Source: the human T2T-CHM13v2.0 reference genome, Homo sapiens
Strand: one strand, 5' to 3'
Assembly (NCBI RefSeq): GCF_009914755.1
Contig: NC_060932.1
Length of the DNA stretch: 64,000 bases
The position numbers and the translations under genes were made by a program. The notes under the pieces are model-generated. The model ran no database searches and was not told the DNA's origin. It worked only from the letters and a program-made list of their open reading frames with translations. Shown piece by piece: positions 60,388 through 64,000 of the stretch (position 1 is the stretch's first letter; every line of letters starts with the position of its first letter).

Positions 60388-63300
60388 CAGAGATATTAAT
60401 AATTACACTTCTATTCAGATTTGGGTAGCCTCCACCTTCAGGTAAAGCTCTCAGTTTCCACTTCACTCCTCTGTTTCTAGGAAACTCTTGGGATCTGCAG
60501 TTTTAAAAAAGAAGTCACGGAATAGTAATGCTACAGGATTGTAGTAGCGGGAATTAGATTGTATATCTACTCTAAGAATCCAGAATTCCAGAGATGTTAT
60601 CCTGACTCCTACAGTCGGAAGCTGCTAGTCTTTTAGCATTTAAGACAAGCTCTTTGCATCCTCTTTCCAGCTTTTTTTTTTTTTAATCAGCTTACTGGGA
60701 TTCCCAGAGAGTGGCCTGAAAGGCTTTGAGTGCCAGTACCCTGAATCTACATCCTAACAATCTCCTTGAACCATCACCGTACTCTCCTTGGGCCACCATC
60801 CCTTCATCCTTAAGAGCCACAGGCAGTTCACGTCTCCTTGTTTTGGCCAAAAGCCTTAATTCCAGTGTCCCAAAGCCTTTCTCATTTCTCCCATGGTATC
60901 TAGCGTCAAGAACGTCCTCAGGGAGAGAGTCCTAAACCCAAGATGAAGAGTGGGACTACATCAATCCAATTCCAGGGTGGTCATTGAGAACTAAGGGGGA
61001 AGCTGGCCCAGAGAAAAGGGAGAGAATACAATTTTTGAATGAATATATTGGAATTATTATTGGTGTCAATTACACTGTCAGTTCATTTCTGAAACAAGGC
61101 AAGGAAGAGCAGAACAAGTTCAGCTGGAATGAAGACAAGAATGTCTTCCCACACCTGCCTGGTGACATAGAAACCCCTGGTACCCCAAGAGACCCAGGCA
61201 GAAGCAGAGCAGGCAGAACCTCATGCTCCCCTCAAGGATATGAAGAGTGGGGAATGGATGCATCCTGATGGCACTGGGGGAGGTCATGGCACATCCATCC
61301 TTAGCTTAACTTTAAGCTCCTAAAGTTGTGGGTTGAGGATTCTTACAGCATATAAGCCTTTCATTGGTTGAAAAAATAAAATGGATCACCTTACAAAAAA
61401 TGGATCCTCCTTCTTCAAAGACAAATGGGGCTAGCAAATGACTAACATATATGCTTTGTAAAAGTGGGGTTTCTGGACATCTGCACTGACAATCAAAAAG
61501 TGGTTTCAGGGTATGCATGGGGAAAATAATTAGTGAAGACTTTTTCTTTCCTACCAAGTCGTCCAAGTTATAGGTAGATTTTTTAAAGTAATTTTGTTGT
61601 TTATAAATCTGTAAGTAAAAGATACAAGGCTCTAAGAACATATATAAGTCTAAAGGATTTTTCAACCAAATAACTATTTCATCTCTTCCTTTTTTTTCAA
61701 ACTTAGAGTAATGTTGAGTAATAACAGTATTTGACCATATTGGGTTCTCGGGCCTCCAGTGGTGCTCTGAAGTGTTTCCAAGCTGTGGGCAAAGATTTGA
61801 GAAATGCTCTGTTGGTTCTACCATACATGTCATCAAGACTTAGATTGGGCACACCAAAAGAGCTTTGTTCACAAACATGATCTGGTCATTCCTTTCCCCG
61901 TTCTAATGGTCCACCTCCCGCTTTTACACCCAAGATGATTTACAGCAATAACATCCAATCACAGCATTCCCTTTCAAATGCATTTGAAGCACAGAGACAT
62001 AGATTTCTTCAATTCTTTAATAGAGATGATACAGAAAAGCAAGCTTGCCAGAATATCTCATGAAAAAATGTGGGACATAAAGACTGGAAACCAGTCTTTA
62101 TGGAAAAACAAATTCTTATTTCTCCAGGACAGTTGTCCAAATCCATATATGGATACATGGGATGGCTTTCCATGTGAGTGAGAAACTGGCCAGGAGAGTA
62201 ATCAATGCATGTCTGCAGGACTGTCCAGGGCTCCTGGCCCATGTACGTGTGTACAGCCAACCTCAGTGGGAACCGGCCTACACACCTATTAAATGGGCCA
62301 TCAGGTGCCACTGTGCCCACTGCACTGACCATAAGACATAAGGCCAAGAAGGTGAGGTCATGTATCCAAGTTCATACAAGCCATTTAGAAATGGAGCTGA
62401 GAAGACTCAGTGCTGGGCTGTGTCCTCATCAGCCAAATGGATCTTTGGATAAGATCACTACCTGGCTTTCCTCCAGAGGACTGCTGTGTTCAGAATCTTG
62501 AACTTGATTTAGAATAGAGCCTTCTGAGCCCTGCCTACCACCCCGTACCACACACAGCTATTCAACCGCAGAAAAAGAACAAATATAGAGAAAGAGAAGG
62601 AAGAATTTTGTGCCTTCTTGTCTTCTAGTCCTTGATGCAATCACTACTTTCAAGCTTTACATATGATGCTGGTTTTGATGTGATAAATTCATGTTTTCTT
62701 GAGCTGCTAATATATATATATTTTTAAATTTAACATGGGAGGCAATGAAGAGAAAGCATTTACTACAGTGTTTCTGTGGAAGTGTTTGGGTAAGGCCACC
62801 GTTGTAGGGCCATAAACTAGCTACCCAGTACCATTTGAAACACCGCCAATTCACTTATCGCTAACATGTTTCCTAAGAACAGAGCCTCTCCTCTCCTTCC
62901 CTTGTCAGCTTGCCAAAAGCTTTATATTGCCACAGCCAGTGACAAAATGGGATGGGATAGAAGTGTGCATTAATTGTATTCTGAAGCTTGCCATAAATTC
63001 GCTGCAGTGAATCTGGATGGGAAGATTAAACAGCATTTAAGGACATTTTCCAAAAAATTACTTGAGGATAAAATAATAGTTTGTGTAGGACAGAAATAAG
63101 ATGACACAAGATGACTCTGATTTATGTGTGTTGCTTGCCAGGTCACTGCTCTTCAGAGGAAGGAGTGAAGTCTTTATTCCATACAATTCTCCATGAAAAC
63201 GTATTCAATATCCCGCCCATAGTGTCCATTCACTGAATAATGACATTGCCTTGTGGGCCGAATCATGAATGGGGGCTACTTTATGGGCACCCCGGGGACA

Positions 63301-63406
63301 TAGCAAATATTAGGCTTTGAAGAAAGAAGTGACAAGTACATAACAAGGAAGAGATTGAGAATATGTGAGAAAATTACAAATAAAAGAACCAAGGGTTAAA
63401 CAAACT

Positions 63407-63535
63407 TAGGACAGCCATGCAATTTATTGTCCAGGCTGAGATATCTTTGAAAGATAAAGGAAGCACTATAAACATTATACCAGCACAGCAGGCATAAACT
63501 GCAACTATCCTGTCCAACGAGGTATAGGCAACCTA
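63407..63535. mobile_element. MER94-like hAT-Blackjack MITE
   Basis: TAGG..CCAT..AATTTATTGTCC ... CAGGCATAAAC ... ACCTA; length about 130 bp. Confidence 0.65.
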
Positions 63536-63627
63536 AGCATAATGTTCTTTAGCAAAGGAACTTAAATACTACAAAGAAAGTGTATCTATGAATCGCATGA
63601 ATTAATGACAAGGTCAGGAAGAGGTAC

Positions 63628-64000
63628 TGTGTTAGAATTTTAGAGCTGCCATAACAAAATGCCACAGACTTGGTGGTTTAAACAACAAAAATGTATTTTC
63701 TCACAGTTCTGCAGGACAGAGGTCCAAGATCAAGGTGTGGGCAAGGTTGGTTTCTTCTGAGGCTTCTCTCCTTGGATTGCAGGTGACCATCTTCAGCATT
63801 TGTCTTCACATGGTTTTCCCTCTGGATATGCCTGTGGCTTGATCTCCTCTTTTTGTAAGGACACTAGTCATATTGGATTAGGGCCTGCCCTAATCCACCC
63901 TTCATTTAGCTTAATTACCTGTTTACACTACATCTTAGCCAAAAGTCTGAGAAACAATTAATTGCCTCTTTAAAGACCCTATCTCCAAATACAGTCACAT
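63628..64000 (-). mobile_element. MLT1 (MLT1B/C-like) LTR, running off the window end
   Basis: GCTGCCATAACAAAATGCCACAGACT...TCTCACAGTTCTG...CCCTATCTCCAAATACAGTCACAT. Confidence 0.88.
63924..63958 (-). pseudogene. Tailless U2 snRNA 5'-fragment retropseudogene (about U2 nt 1-35)
   Basis: Reverse complement ATTGTTTCTCAGACTTTTGGCTAAGATGTAGTGTA versus U2 ATCGCTTCTCGGCCTTTTGGCTAAGATCAAGTGTA; flanked by TSD TAATT[A/G]CCT[G/C]TTT. Confidence 0.8.

Noticed and set aside
61312-61836. 174-aa minus-strand ORF in non-repeat DNA
   Set aside because: Non-ATG start, no recognisable domain, no splice or promoter support; consistent with a chance ORF.

Overview
This is mammalian DNA, almost certainly human or great ape: it carries AluY/S/J, L1PA/PB, THE1A and LTR12C. 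It is AT-rich, repeat-dense, and looks like a gene desert or long intron. I found no credible protein-coding gene; nearly all ORFs in the track come from Alu, L1, LTR or microsatellite sequence. There is one strong 160-nt non-coding internal exon on the + strand (20194-20353), which from memory resembles an exon of the lncRNA SOX2-OT (not verified). Major elements are a deleted THE1A provirus, nested and inverted L1PA elements, a full-length ~6 kb L1PB, an intact solo LTR12C, and many MaLR/ERVL LTRs, DNA transposons, MIR, L2 and L1M relics. The most unusual observations are: a tailless U2 snRNA retro-fragment with target-site duplications (TSDs); several short local duplications, one starting at a hairpin; two inverted Alus sharing the same 12-bp target sequence; two L1s that each lost the G-rich 3'UTR tract; two twin-priming L1 inversions; a CR1/L3 RT fossil; and several motif-dense candidate enhancers. 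I see no evidence for a new multi-gene system. Repeat subfamily names come from recalled consensus sequences, and boundaries of old repeats are approximate.
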